Assembly: GCA_965205505.1 (NCBI GenBank)
Contig: CBDBHB010000009.1
Coordinates: 2,784,001 to 2,848,000 of the forward strand
Length of the DNA: 64,000 bases
Source: Acidobacteriota bacterium
GTDB lineage: Bacteria > Acidobacteriota > UBA890 > WLXD01
Direction: 5' to 3'
A program made the position numbers and the translations under genes. The notes below the pieces were generated by a model. The model made no database searches. It was not told the DNA's origin and saw only the letters and a program-made list of their open reading frames with translations. Shown here in pieces: positions 40,196-50,284 of this stretch (positions are counted from its first letter, which is position 1; every line of letters begins with the position of its first letter).

Positions 40196-42370
40196 CTACC
40201 TTCTTCCGGAGCGGCGAGTCGCACTGCGACCCGAGGATCTACCGGATGCGCCGCGCGACGGGGCAGAGAACGACCGCCCGGATAGCCCTCCGCTGCGGCT
40301 GCTAATGGATGGTCCTCGAGGCGCTGAGAACGATCGCGGTGCCGAGAAGGATCGTGTGCTCGACACGCTCGACCGAGAGCCGAACACGTTCCGCGGCTGG
40401 ATCGACGGCACGTACCGTGACCTCGCCGATTGCTGCGTCCGCACCGAAGCGTAGCGTGGCGGGGCGGCTTGATAACGCTGCTGCGGTATCGTGCTTGATG
40501 CCCCGGTGGGTCGGTAGCTTCCACTGCGTGGCTGATAGCGACTTGTACTGGGTTGGTAGGCGCGAGTCTGAGGTTGGTACTGGCTGGTTCGCGGCGTGTA
40601 GCGGCTGATCGGCGTGCGCGATACCGCGCGCCGCACGTCGTTGCCCGCTCCTAAGGCACCGGTCAGGTTCGCCCGCGTTGGCAGGTCCAGCCCACGCGAC
40701 AGCGTCGCCGAGGACAAGCCACTCGAAGTTCCAGAGCGCGGCTTGGCCGTCGAGCCGGCTCGTGGCTTCGAGGAGCTCCGCGGCGAAGATTCGCTGCGCG
40801 GCCGAGCGCGACCGCGTCGTCCGGCATCCGATCCTCTTCCGTTACGCGGCGAAGACGGCCGAAAGCTGTTGCCGCGAACGGTGCTCGGCCGCGTCTGGAT
40901 GGCATCCCGTAGGGAGCCCCGGCCTGTGGCCGACCTCGACCCGGTGGGCACGTCCGGCCTGGCCAAGGAGCCGCGAGGTACCGCCGAGCGACTGCCCCCG
41001 AGAGCTCCGCGGCTCGGGAGCGTGGCACCGACCCCATTGCCGCGCGAGCTCGCAACGGTTGCCAAGAGGCTCGGCTTGCGGGGTCGTAGGTTGCCCTCGA
41101 AGCTCACCGCGTTGCCCGTTGCCTGACGAGGAACCGCGCTCCGCCCGGTGGCGCGAAGCTCCGTCTTCCCAGTTCCGAAATGATCGGCGTTTACGAAGGT
41201 CCAGCCATGGTCGGCGTCAAGGTTGCGAGCGTACCCCAAACCAGCCACTGCCTTGCCGCCGCGGCGCACTGCGTAATCGTAGTTGCGGCCGCCGTGATAA
41301 CCGTTTCCGTAACCGTAGTGGCCGCCGAAGAATAGATTCGCCGACAGGAACGGCCGGTTGTAGTAGCCGAGCGGGCTCCAACCCAAGTAGCCGCTGCCGG
41401 CGTACCAGCTAACCCAGCCCGGCGAGTACACGCTGCCCGGGAACCACATCCAGCCATAGGCCGGGGTGTGGTGCCAGCGCCCATAGTGCGATGTCGCCCA
41501 GCCCCAAGATGCGTACGGTACCCAGGTCCAGCCGGCGTAGGAGTAGACCCAGCGTCCATTACGGTACGGCGCCCAGCCGGCAGCCACAGAAGGTCGCCAG
41601 GCGTAGTCTGAGAAGTCGTCGTAGTAGACCCAGTCACCGTTGCGCTCCAGATCCGCGGCATACGGACGCGCCTCCTCAGGCACGTAATCGCGGTTGCGGA
41701 CGTGGTTCTGAGTTTCGGCCATGGCCACCCAGCGCTCGATCTGCCAGCTGGAAAAGCTGTCGTGTTCCGCGGTGTTGAAATCCACTACTTCAGCGGGCGC
41801 CGTTCCGGGCTCGACGTAGGTCGTTTCGCCGGCCGCGACGATCTCGGTGAGCCCGCCGGCGTCCATGGTTGCGTTGCCGTCGTACACCGACAACCAAGTG
41901 CGATGCTCGTCGTCGAGATCGACGCGATACGAGCCTTGCGGTCGTAGCACGATGGCGGCGTCGGCGGTATCGACGCGAAGTCCCTGCTCCGGACGATCAT
42001 AGGCGCCCGGTCGCTCGACGATCAGCGAGCCACCCCACATACGGATGATCGTGTCGCCTGCGCCAGCGCGAGGCAATGCCACGACGTCGACGGTGGTCAG
42101 GTGGTCGAGCCAGATGGTAGTGCCGTCGTCAAACGTCAGCTCGACGCGCCCCTGCTCGTTCGTCCACAGGCGATCACCGGCGTCCAGTGGCAAGTTGACC
42201 AGCGCGGCGGATGTCTCAGCGGCGTGCGCGCGCTGTACGGTGACGGTGCCTTCGAAGTAGCGCACGCGCGCCGGGACTGGATCGTTACCTTCTTGCGCGT
42301 GTGCGGGCGCCGCGAGGGTGAGCGCAAGAAGCAGGGCTGCCGCCAAGGAGAAATAACCGCGGTTTCGCAT
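40196..42370 (-). CDS. exported FecR-like + DUF6600 protein with Ser/Arg-rich tail
   Basis: VNLPLDAGDRLWT..GRVEL; WAPYRNGRW..WGWATSHYGRW..PGWVSW. Confidence 0.85.
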   Translation of the reverse strand: MRNRGYFSLAAALLLALTLAAPAHAQEGNDPVPARVRYFEGTVTVQRAHAAETSAALVNLPLDAGDRLWTNEQGRVELTFDDGTTIWLDHLTTVDVVALPRAGAGDTIIRMWGGSLIVERPGAYDRPEQGLRVDTADAAIVLRPQGSYRVDLDDEHRTWLSVYDGNATMDAGGLTEIVAAGETTYVEPGTAPAEVVDFNTAEHDSFSSWQIERWVAMAETQNHVRNRDYVPEEARPYAADLERNGDWVYYDDFSDYAWRPSVAAGWAPYRNGRWVYSYAGWTWVPYASWGWATSHYGRWHHTPAYGWMWFPGSVYSPGWVSWYAGSGYLGWSPLGYYNRPFLSANLFFGGHYGYGNGYHGGRNYDYAVRRGGKAVAGLGYARNLDADHGWTFVNADHFGTGKTELRATGRSAVPRQATGNAVSFEGNLRPRKPSLLATVASSRGNGVGATLPSRGALGGSRSAVPRGSLARPDVPTGSRSATGRGSLRDAIQTRPSTVRGNSFRPSSPRNGRGSDAGRRGRARPRSESSPRSSSKPRAGSTAKPRSGTSSGLSSATLSRGLDLPTRANLTGALGAGNDVRRAVSRTPISRYTPRTSQYQPQTRAYQPSTSRYQPRSGSYRPTGASSTIPQQRYQAAPPRYASVRTQQSARSRYVPSIQPRNVFGSRSSVSSTRSFSAPRSFSAPRGPSISSRSGGLSGRSFSAPSRGASGRSSGRSATRRSGRR

Positions 42371-42555
42371 CGTCGAACCCCTTTATTCTAGGGGACCCAC
42401 CCCTGGCGGGGTAAGGGGATTCGCCAACGGAGATCAGCCAGAGGACCCTTTCACGATACCTGCCACAATGGCAGCGGGTCAAATCTTGGCCGGAACGTCC
42501 CGGCTCCAACGCCACGCTTGCACCACGATAGGCAACGATCATCTGTTACAGGCCA

Positions 42556-42724
42556 CTAGTGCTGCGCCCCACAAATAGTGGTTACGCCTGTAGCGGCGGG
42601 ACGGGACGATCCCTTTGTCGCGGCTCCTCGACGATGTTCCAACATCGCCTCCGTCGCCGCTCCGCGGACTCGTCCCGTCGCGCTCGCTACAGGCGTACCC
42701 ACTATTTGTGGGGCGTAGCACTAG
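42556..42724. mobile_element. MITE type C, 40-bp TIRs (2 mismatches), abutting a type B end stub (42542-42559)
   Basis: CTAGTGCT(G/A)CGCCCCACAAATAGTGG(T/G)TACGCCTGTAGCG inverted; central hairpin core. Confidence 0.9.
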
Positions 42725-44073
42725 CGCCCTGCTAGACCTGCCAGGTAATCGCGCGTTTCTTTCCGGCACACCGAGGCCAGCCCGATCAGGCCGATGAGGT
42801 TCGGTACCGCCATCGCGGCGTTGAGCGCATCGGCGAGCTGCCAGACGAAGTCGACGCGTCCAATCGCTCCGACGAAAACCATTGCCGTGAACACCACCCG
42901 ATACGGGGTGATTAGCCGCGAGCCGAACAAGTACTCGATCGATCGCTCACCGTAGTACGACCAACCCAGGATCGTGGAGTAGGCGAAGAAGACCAACGCC
43001 AGCGGAACTACCACGCCGCCCGCGGCGCCGGGCAGGCCGGCGCTGAAGGCGTCGACCGACAAGGGGGCACCGTCGACGCCACTGCTCCATACCCCGGTCG
43101 AGATGATCACGAAGCCGGTCATCGAGCACACGACGATCGTGTCGATGAACGTCTGCGTCATCGACACCAGCGCCTGGGTTACCGGGTGCCGCGTTTGCGC
43201 TGCCGCCGCCGCGATCGCGGCAGAGCCCAGGCCGGACTCGTTCGAGAACACGCCGCGGCCGATGCCGTAGCGCATCGCCTGGGCTACGGTGGCGCCCAGG
43301 AAGCCGCCCGCCGCGGCTGTTGGCGAGAAGGCTTGGCTAACCACCAACGCGACGACGGAGGGTATTTGGTCCAAGCGCGTCACGATGACTACGAGCGCTG
43401 CACCGACATACAGCAGGATCATCCCCGGGACCAGAAACTGCGTGACGCGCGCGATGCCGCGAATGCCACCGATTATCACGGTCCCGGTGGCCACCGCGAT
43501 TAGCAGTCCGGTAGTCCAGACAGGCCAACCGAAGTAGCTTTCCATCGCCGTCGCGACGGAGTTGCTCTGCACCATGTTGCCGATGCCGAACGCCGCCAGA
43601 GCGGTAAGCAGCGCAAAGGCACTGCCCAGGAAGGGGCTCCCTAGGCCATCGCGGAGGTAGTACATGGGGCCGCCGCTCATCTGGCCGCGTGCGTCAGTGG
43701 TGCGGTACTTCACCGCCAGCAGGGCTTCGGCGTACTTCGTGGCCATGCCGAACAGTCCGGTCACCCACATCCAGAAGAGCGCCCCCGGACCGCCGGCGGC
43801 GATCGCCGTAGCCACACCGGCGATGTTCCCGGTGCCGACCGTGGCCGCGAGCGCCATCATCAACGCTTGGAAGTGTGAGATGTCGCCGTCCGCGTCGCCT
43901 TCCTCGCGACGCTTTACCAGGGCGAGGTAGAGTGAATGCCCGAGCAGGCGGAACTGAATCCCGCCGAGCACCACCGTCAAGTAGACCCCGGTCCCGACCA
44001 ACAGCAGCAGCATGGGAGGACCCCAGAGATAGCTGTTTATCAGGACGAGAAGGTCAGTCGCTTGCTCGGACAC
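42721..44073 (-). CDS. alanine/glycine:cation symporter (AGCS)
   Basis: [38 protein letters not shown]. Confidence 0.95.
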   Translation of the reverse strand: MSEQATDLLVLINSYLWGPPMLLLLVGTGVYLTVVLGGIQFRLLGHSLYLALVKRREEGDADGDISHFQALMMALAATVGTGNIAGVATAIAAGGPGALFWMWVTGLFGMATKYAEALLAVKYRTTDARGQMSGGPMYYLRDGLGSPFLGSAFALLTALAAFGIGNMVQSNSVATAMESYFGWPVWTTGLLIAVATGTVIIGGIRGIARVTQFLVPGMILLYVGAALVVIVTRLDQIPSVVALVVSQAFSPTAAAGGFLGATVAQAMRYGIGRGVFSNESGLGSAAIAAAAAQTRHPVTQALVSMTQTFIDTIVVCSMTGFVIISTGVWSSGVDGAPLSVDAFSAGLPGAAGGVVVPLALVFFAYSTILGWSYYGERSIEYLFGSRLITPYRVVFTAMVFVGAIGRVDFVWQLADALNAAMAVPNLIGLIGLASVCRKETRDYLAGLAGR

Positions 44074-44266
44074 CGATGGGCCTCCCTCGCTCGCCACCGG
44101 CGGACGAAGTGTGTTGGATCGAGTCACGGCGGCCATTGCGCCGGCTCAAGGCGCCGCGATGATAACCTGCCCGGTCGATACGATAACCGGCCATGGCTGA
44201 TTCGGCTTGCCCGGAGCGGCGCCTCTCACTACCGTTTCCCGCGTCTCTGCTGACGAGGTCGGGCGA

Positions 44267-45400
44267 ATGTCGAGCATCCAAGGGGAGCTGCAGTCCTACG
44301 CGGTGCGATCAGAAGAATCGCGCGGGCGCTGTTTTCCCGAGCCCGAGCACCCGTACAGGGGGCCTTTCGAGCGCGACCGCGACCGCATCGTTCACTCGCG
44401 TGCCTTTCGGCGGCTCGAGTACAAGACCCAGGTCTTCCCCAACCATCACGGAGACCACTTCCGTACTCGGTTGACGCACACCATCGAAGTGGCGCATCTG
44501 GCACGAACGGTGGCACGGGTCTTGGGACTCAACACTGCACTCAGCGAGGCGATCGCGCTGGCACATGACCTCGGCCATCCGCCGTTCGGACACGTTGGCG
44601 AGAGCGTCCTTGACGAGATGATGCACGATACCGGAGGCTTCGAGCATAACCGCCACACGCTGCGCACGGTGGTGGAGATTGAGGAGAAGTACGCCGGATT
44701 CCGAGGGTTGAACCTGACGTACGAGGTGCGCGAGGGAATCGCCAAGCACTCGGCGCGCTATGACCGCTTCGTCGGCGAGGAGATGCGGGAGTTTCGACCG
44801 CACGAACGCGCGCCGCTCGAGGCGCAGATCATCGATCTAGTAGACGATCTCACGTACAACGTGCACGACATCGACGACGGCGTCGAGGCGCATGTGCTTT
44901 CGGTTGATGAGTTGGTCGCGGACGCCCCGCTGTTCGGACGTATCTATACAAAGCTGAGCATCGAGCTCGCTGGCGCCTCCCGACGCGAGCTGTTCAACGA
45001 GACCATTCGGCGGATGGTGGACAGGCTCGCCACCGACTTGATCGAGAGTAGTCGCGAGGCGATCGCGGCGAGCGGAGTACGCAACCTGGCCGAGATTCGC
45101 GCCCTGCCGGCGAATCTGGCGTGCCATTCCGAGGGGGTCAAAGCGGACATGGCGGTGCTGGGCGAGGTGCTCTCGCAACGTCTCTACCAAAGTCCGTTGG
45201 TGCACGAGCAGATGGAGAGCGCCCGCCTGACGATCGAGCGACTCTTCCACGCCTACCTGGACGATCCCGAACTGCTACCTGAGCGTCATCGGCTAAGGGC
45301 GGACCGCGTCGGCACGCGTATCGCCATCGGCGACTATGTTGCCGGCATGACGGATCGTTTTGTGATCCGTGAGCACGATCGGATTATGAAAGACCGCTAG
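44267..45400 (+). CDS. dgt: dGTP triphosphohydrolase
   Basis: RDRDRIVHSRAFRRLEYKTQV, RTRLTH, HDLGHPPFGH, DYVAGMTD. Confidence 0.95.
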   Translation: MSSIQGELQSYAVRSEESRGRCFPEPEHPYRGPFERDRDRIVHSRAFRRLEYKTQVFPNHHGDHFRTRLTHTIEVAHLARTVARVLGLNTALSEAIALAHDLGHPPFGHVGESVLDEMMHDTGGFEHNRHTLRTVVEIEEKYAGFRGLNLTYEVREGIAKHSARYDRFVGEEMREFRPHERAPLEAQIIDLVDDLTYNVHDIDDGVEAHVLSVDELVADAPLFGRIYTKLSIELAGASRRELFNETIRRMVDRLATDLIESSREAIAASGVRNLAEIRALPANLACHSEGVKADMAVLGEVLSQRLYQSPLVHEQMESARLTIERLFHAYLDDPELLPERHRLRADRVGTRIAIGDYVAGMTDRFVIREHDRIMKDR

Positions 45401-45676
45401 CAGGCCGTGGTGGAAGTGTGGTGGGTCTGGTTACGGCGAGTTGGGGCCAGATGCAAGGCGGCCTGACACAGGCGATGCCCTAGCCATCGTCGAGGAAGGC
45501 CAACGCCGCAAGTGGCCCCAAATCGCCGTAACCCTTCGGGCGACAGGGGGGTTGCGCGCGTATGCTGCGTCGTTCCTCGTCAACGATGGAGTAACCATCG
45601 CCTCCTCCTCTCTCCTTGCCTGCACTTCGCAAGACCCTGTCGCCAGACCCACCACACTTTCACCACGGCCTGCTAG
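45397..45676. mobile_element. MITE type A, 34-bp TIRs (1 mismatch), followed by collapsed type B (45673-45696)
   Basis: CTAGCAGGCCGTGGTG(G/A)AAGTGTGGTGGGTCTGG inverted; two inverted cores; then CTAGTGGCCTG-GT-ACAGGCCCTAG. Confidence 0.9.
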
Positions 45677-45692
45677 TGGCCTGGTACAGGCC

Positions 45693-45956
45693 CTAGGCGG
45701 CGCCGAAGGTCGTGTCGGCATCGTCGCCGTCGTCGACCTCCACGAGGTTGGCTGCCGGCACCGCGACAGCTTGACCCCACTTGTCGAAGAGCACTGCGTA
45801 AACCCGTTCGCTGCGTTTCGGGTGGAAGCCGGCATCGGCGAGTTCCTTGTCGCTGAGCTGCCGCTGCACTGTGCCGAGCCAATCCTTGCAAACCATGATT
45901 TTGTGACCGATCTCGTCGCGCAGCTCCCCTGGCGTACGAACAACCTTGACGCGCAT
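45693..45956 (-). CDS. small hypothetical protein (possibly SH3-like beta fold)
   Basis: 87 aa, GGAGGAG SD. Confidence 0.6.
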   Translation of the reverse strand: MRVKVVRTPGELRDEIGHKIMVCKDWLGTVQRQLSDKELADAGFHPKRSERVYAVLFDKWGQAVAVPAANLVEVDDGDDADTTFGAA

Positions 45957-46260
45957 CTGACTCCTCCGCTCCCGACCATGGACGCCCCATCGAATCGGGC
46001 GTCTTGCCACCCCATTTCACCGCGTCACGCCTCGAAAAACGCGCGTCGTGCGTGACCTGGCGACAACGTGCAAACTGCTCGCAAGTGTAGCATTTCCAAG
46101 GCGTTTCTGACTTCCGGATCGTTTGCCGGGCACCTAGGCCGATGGTACGCTGAACGAGCCTGCCGGGTGCGCTCATCGCTCCTCGTCGCCGCCCGCCGCG
46201 TGTCCTCTTTCGGTTCGATGGGAGTAGCTTGTTTCCTCACTGCCCCGCTGGAGTAGGTCT

Positions 46261-47040
46261 ATGGCCTGGACGATTTTCAGTCTCGAGAAACAAGACGGGG
46301 TAGCGATTGCCACGATGACCCGCGATCCCGGTAACAGCTACAACTCCGACCTCATGCACGAGCTAGCGGAGGTTGTCGAGGACGTCCGTCACGACTCGGC
46401 TGTTCGCGTAATGGTGCTGACCGGCGGCGGCGACAAGTTTTTCTCGGCCGGCGCCGACATCAACATGCTCGCCAGCAGCGATCCCCACACAAAGAGCGTG
46501 TTCTGCCTGCAGTGCAACGAGACGCTACAGGGACTGGAGCGTACTCCCAAGGTCATCATCGCCGCAATCAACGGTCATTGCGTCGGAGGCGGCCTGGAGA
46601 TTGCTCTCGCTTGCGATATGCGGATGATGGGACGCACGGTAGGCAAGATCGGCCTTCCCGAGGTCAAGCTCGGCGTGCTTCCGGGTACCGGTGGCTCACA
46701 GCGCCTGCCGCGCCTCATCGGCAAGGGACGAGCCCTCGAGATGATGGTCACCGGGGATCTGATCGATGCGGATGAGGCGAAGAGCATTGGCCTGGTGAAC
46801 CGCGTTGTGGACGGCGACGTGCTCGAGGAGACGGTTGCTTTCGCGAGGACCCTGGCAACTGGCGCGACGATGGCCCAGGGCCTGATCAAGCTTGCCGTTC
46901 AGGAGGGCATGGAGATGACGCTCAATTCGGGCCTTGCCCTCGAGCGTGAGCTGCAGAATCGCCTCTTCAGCTCAGCCGACGGACAGGAAGGCATCAAGGC
47001 GTACGCCGCCCGACGCGATCCCGATTTCCAAGGTCGCTGA
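46261..47040 (+). CDS. enoyl-CoA hydratase/isomerase
   Basis: FSAGADI, GGGLEIALACD, PEVKLGVLPG. Confidence 0.93.
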   Translation: MAWTIFSLEKQDGVAIATMTRDPGNSYNSDLMHELAEVVEDVRHDSAVRVMVLTGGGDKFFSAGADINMLASSDPHTKSVFCLQCNETLQGLERTPKVIIAAINGHCVGGGLEIALACDMRMMGRTVGKIGLPEVKLGVLPGTGGSQRLPRLIGKGRALEMMVTGDLIDADEAKSIGLVNRVVDGDVLEETVAFARTLATGATMAQGLIKLAVQEGMEMTLNSGLALERELQNRLFSSADGQEGIKAYAARRDPDFQGR

Positions 47041-47056
47041 GCCAGGAGGGAGCGGC

Positions 47057-48265
47057 ATGCTCGATCTACGCGATGGTCGGCGCGTTCTGATTGCCGGCGC
47101 GGTACGTACTCCGATTGGTGCTTTTGGCGGCACCCTGCGCCCCTTGAGCGCCGTGGATCTGGGCAAGCACGCCGTGACCTGGGCCATGGAGCGCGCCGGC
47201 TTGGAGCCGACTGCCGTCGATGAAGTCATCATGGGGCATGCTCGCCAGGCGGGCTGCGGGCCAAACACCGCTCGGCAGGTCTCCGTGGGCAGCGGCATTC
47301 CCGTGACTACTCCCGCGTTCACCGTCAACCAGGCCTGTGCCTCCGGCATGAAGTCGATCATCCTGGCGGCACAGTCGATTGTTCTCGGGCTGGCTGATGT
47401 TGTCGTTGCGGGTGGCATGGAGAGCATGAGCAACACTCCGTACCTGTTGCCGACGGCGCGTTGGGGCACGCGGCTGGGGCACGCACAGCTTCTCGACGGG
47501 CAGTTCCAGGACGGCTTCATGTGTCCGCTGTGCGGCGATCTGATGGGACTTACTGCCGAGCGCCTTGCCGAACGGTACGAGATCTCCCGTACCGAACAGG
47601 ACGAGTACGCCGCGCGCAGCCAGCAGCGCGCCCAGGCAGCGCGCGCCGCTGGGGCGTTCGATGCGGAAATCGTTCCGCTGGATGTACCGGGACGGCGTGG
47701 CTCGACAGTCGTGACTCACGATGAGCACCCGCGCGTCGATGTCACCCCCGAAAGCCTGGCGCGGCTGACCCCCGTGTTCAAGAAGGGCGGCACGGTTCAT
47801 CCTGGCAATAGCAGCGGCGTTACAGACGGCGCGGCGGCCCTTGTGATGATGTCGGACGCGGCGGCGGAGAAGTATGGAGTGGAGCCCGAGGGACGGCTAC
47901 TTGCCGCAACGCAAGCGGGCGTCGATCCGGCGATCATGGGCATCGGACCTGTTCCAGCAGTTCGCGAGCTACTCGAACGGACCGACATGAGCCTGGCCGA
48001 CATTGACCGGGTGGAGCTCAACGAGGCTTTCGCGGCCCAGGTGCTGGCGGTCGATCGAGACCTGGGCTTTGATCACGCGCGGCTGAACAGCGACGGCGGC
48101 GCGATCTCGCTCGGCCACCCGATTGGCTGTACGGGGTCACGTATCGTGGTCACTTTGCTACACGCTCTACGTCGACGCGACGAGCGCTGCGGCCTGGCGA
48201 CGCTCTGCGTCTCGGGCGGCATGGGCACCAGCCTTCTGGTTGAGAGACTGGGAGCCAGTGGGTGA
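47057..48265 (+). CDS. acetyl-CoA C-acyltransferase (thiolase)
   Basis: NQACASG, NEAFA, GHPIGCTG, CVSGGMG. Confidence 0.95.
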   Translation: MLDLRDGRRVLIAGAVRTPIGAFGGTLRPLSAVDLGKHAVTWAMERAGLEPTAVDEVIMGHARQAGCGPNTARQVSVGSGIPVTTPAFTVNQACASGMKSIILAAQSIVLGLADVVVAGGMESMSNTPYLLPTARWGTRLGHAQLLDGQFQDGFMCPLCGDLMGLTAERLAERYEISRTEQDEYAARSQQRAQAARAAGAFDAEIVPLDVPGRRGSTVVTHDEHPRVDVTPESLARLTPVFKKGGTVHPGNSSGVTDGAAALVMMSDAAAEKYGVEPEGRLLAATQAGVDPAIMGIGPVPAVRELLERTDMSLADIDRVELNEAFAAQVLAVDRDLGFDHARLNSDGGAISLGHPIGCTGSRIVVTLLHALRRRDERCGLATLCVSGGMGTSLLVERLGASG

Positions 48266-49059
48266 GCGCACGGTTCTTGGTGACCATGCAGCGCGACGGT
48301 GCCATTGCCGAGATCACGTTGTCGCGGGCCGAGAAGCTCAACGCACTGGCCAATGACATGCGCGAGCAACTACACGATCGCATAATCGAGGCGGCGCGTG
48401 ACGAGCGAATCGCGGCGCTGGTGATCACCGGCGAGGGCAAGGCCTTTTGCGCCGGTGGCGATGTCGACGCACTGGCGAAGCTTCGTGATGCGAACGACCA
48501 TCGCGGGTTCCACGAGATCCTCCATGCCAGTGTGGAGTGCGTTCTGGCGCTACAGGCGTTTCCCGGATTGACGGTGGCCGCGATCAACGGGGTGGCAGCG
48601 GGCGCCGGGTTCGCACTCGCACTCAATTGCGACTTGCGCGTCGCTGCTGACACTGCCCGACTCGCCGCGAGCTGGGGCAACATTGGCCTGGCGCCCGATT
48701 GGGGTGCGAGCTTCTGGCTGCCGCAGCTGGTCGGCTACTCGCGAGCCCTCGAGCTAGTGGTCAGCGGACGTGCGGTAGATAGCGCCGAAGCGCTACAGCT
48801 GGGGCTGGTACACGATGTGGTGCCCCCCGGCGAGGTTCGCAAGCGTGCAGCGATGCTCGCCCAGCGTGGCATGGCACACGAAATGGTCCGCCAGACCAAG
48901 TACCTGCTGCGGCGTGGATTGGAAGGCTCTCTGGAGGCCAGCTTGGCGGCGGAGACCGAAGCTCAGGAAGATCTGTTTGCCGGCGATGACGTAGCCGAGG
49001 GACTGAGGGCGTTCCGTAACAAGCGCGTACCACTATTTGACGGACGCAAGAAGAAGTGA
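48262..49059 (+). CDS. enoyl-CoA hydratase/isomerase (PaaG-like)
   Basis: FCAGGD, NGVAAGAG..LALNCD, IGLAPDWG. Confidence 0.9.
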   Translation: MSARFLVTMQRDGAIAEITLSRAEKLNALANDMREQLHDRIIEAARDERIAALVITGEGKAFCAGGDVDALAKLRDANDHRGFHEILHASVECVLALQAFPGLTVAAINGVAAGAGFALALNCDLRVAADTARLAASWGNIGLAPDWGASFWLPQLVGYSRALELVVSGRAVDSAEALQLGLVHDVVPPGEVRKRAAMLAQRGMAHEMVRQTKYLLRRGLEGSLEASLAAETEAQEDLFAGDDVAEGLRAFRNKRVPLFDGRKKK

Positions 49060-49136
49060 CTCGGGAGCGCGCGGCGGCGAGAGTCAACGACGGGCAGCGC
49101 GACCTCGTCGAGGCAGCGTCACGCCGGTCGCCGGTA

Positions 49137-49460
49137 TCATGCGGTCGCCGGCCTGCGGATCACTGTAACGAGGGCCCAAACCACCAGCCCCAGCAATAGC
49201 AGCGGCACCGCCAGGATCACGAGCTTCAGCAGCAGTAGGGTTCCGAGCAGCAGGGCCACCGGTAGCATCAGCACCACCACCGGCAACAACAACAGGCCGC
49301 CGAGCACCCAGCCGATCGTCGAGAAGGCCACCTTCACACCAAAGCCGATCAGTTTCATGAGCACGATCAACGGTAGTAGCAGTACACCGAGGAGCACTAC
49401 GAGCACACATCCGACGGCGATCAGGGCGACCAAGCCGATCAGAGCTCCAATGACTTCCAC
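49137..49460 (-). CDS. small hydrophobic membrane protein
   Basis: Leu/Val-rich 107 aa; AGGAGG SD. Confidence 0.75.
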   Translation of the reverse strand: MEVIGALIGLVALIAVGCVLVVLLGVLLLPLIVLMKLIGFGVKVAFSTIGWVLGGLLLLPVVVLMLPVALLLGTLLLLKLVILAVPLLLLGLVVWALVTVIRRPATA

Positions 49461-49496
49461 GATCTCCTCCTGCCGTGTCCGAGCCTCGGTTCTCTA

Positions 49497-49521
49497 TACG
49501 CCAACCTTGTCGAGTGGTTTC
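49497..49521 (-). promoter_or_regulatory. ECF sigma-type promoter
   Basis: GAAAC-N16-CGTA, the SigW-like spacing. Confidence 0.55.
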
Positions 49522-49529
49522 GGTGTTCG

Positions 49530-50231
49530 TCAGAAGTACACCGAGAACACGATTACGTTGGCGATGAAGTGGGCCGTCACTGCCGACTCCCAGCCACCGC
49601 GTAGGTAGCTAACCGCCAGTAATGGAGCCAGCAGCATCGCCGGCACCGGGCTGAACGGATGGGCGAGACCGAACAGAACAGATGAGATGAGCACTGCCGC
49701 CGAAACCATCCAGCGGCTCGGCTGCGGCTGGGTCGTGATGGCGCGGGCGGCGCCCCCCTTCAGTCGTAGGCGGTATTGTCGCGGCCTCGTCCTCACGACG
49801 ATCGATACGAGGAACGGAATCATGAACAACCTGAAGAAGGTCTCCTCGAGCAACGCCGCGCGCGCCGAGAACAATACGGTTCCCAGGGGTGTCTGGATGC
49901 GCCTCCAAAACCAGGGACGGAGAGCCACCCCGTCTCCGCCCGAGAGCACGATGTTGCCGATACATAGCAATAGCCCAACCCCGACGCCGTAGATGGCCCA
50001 CCGTGTCCAGAGCGTTCGCGTTGGCAGCGGAGACAGGATCAGCAGGCTCGGAAGGCCGATCTCGCCAGCCGTCCACACTGCGAAGGTGGTGATGATGCCG
50101 GAGGTAGCGATATAGAACCCGACGATGGCCAGGGATGTAGCCGGGGTCAGACTGCCGGTGAAAGTCTCGTAGGCCAGGGCCACGACGACCATGATCGCGA
50201 CATAGCCGGTGACGGCTGCGGCTCGCCTCAC
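49530..50231 (-). CDS. CPBP (Abi/CAAX) intramembrane metalloprotease
   Basis: EETFFR, FGLAH, HFIAN. Confidence 0.85.
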   Translation of the reverse strand: MRRAAAVTGYVAIMVVVALAYETFTGSLTPATSLAIVGFYIATSGIITTFAVWTAGEIGLPSLLILSPLPTRTLWTRWAIYGVGVGLLLCIGNIVLSGGDGVALRPWFWRRIQTPLGTVLFSARAALLEETFFRLFMIPFLVSIVVRTRPRQYRLRLKGGAARAITTQPQPSRWMVSAAVLISSVLFGLAHPFSPVPAMLLAPLLAVSYLRGGWESAVTAHFIANVIVFSVYF

Positions 50232-50284
50232 CGCAGGTCGCTATTCCGTGCCTTCTGGTTACGAGACATTTCCACCACTGCCTG

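Noticed and set aside
40255-40360. Short repeats in the FecR/DUF6600 gene
   Set aside because: They encode RSFSAP peptide repeats in a low-complexity tail.
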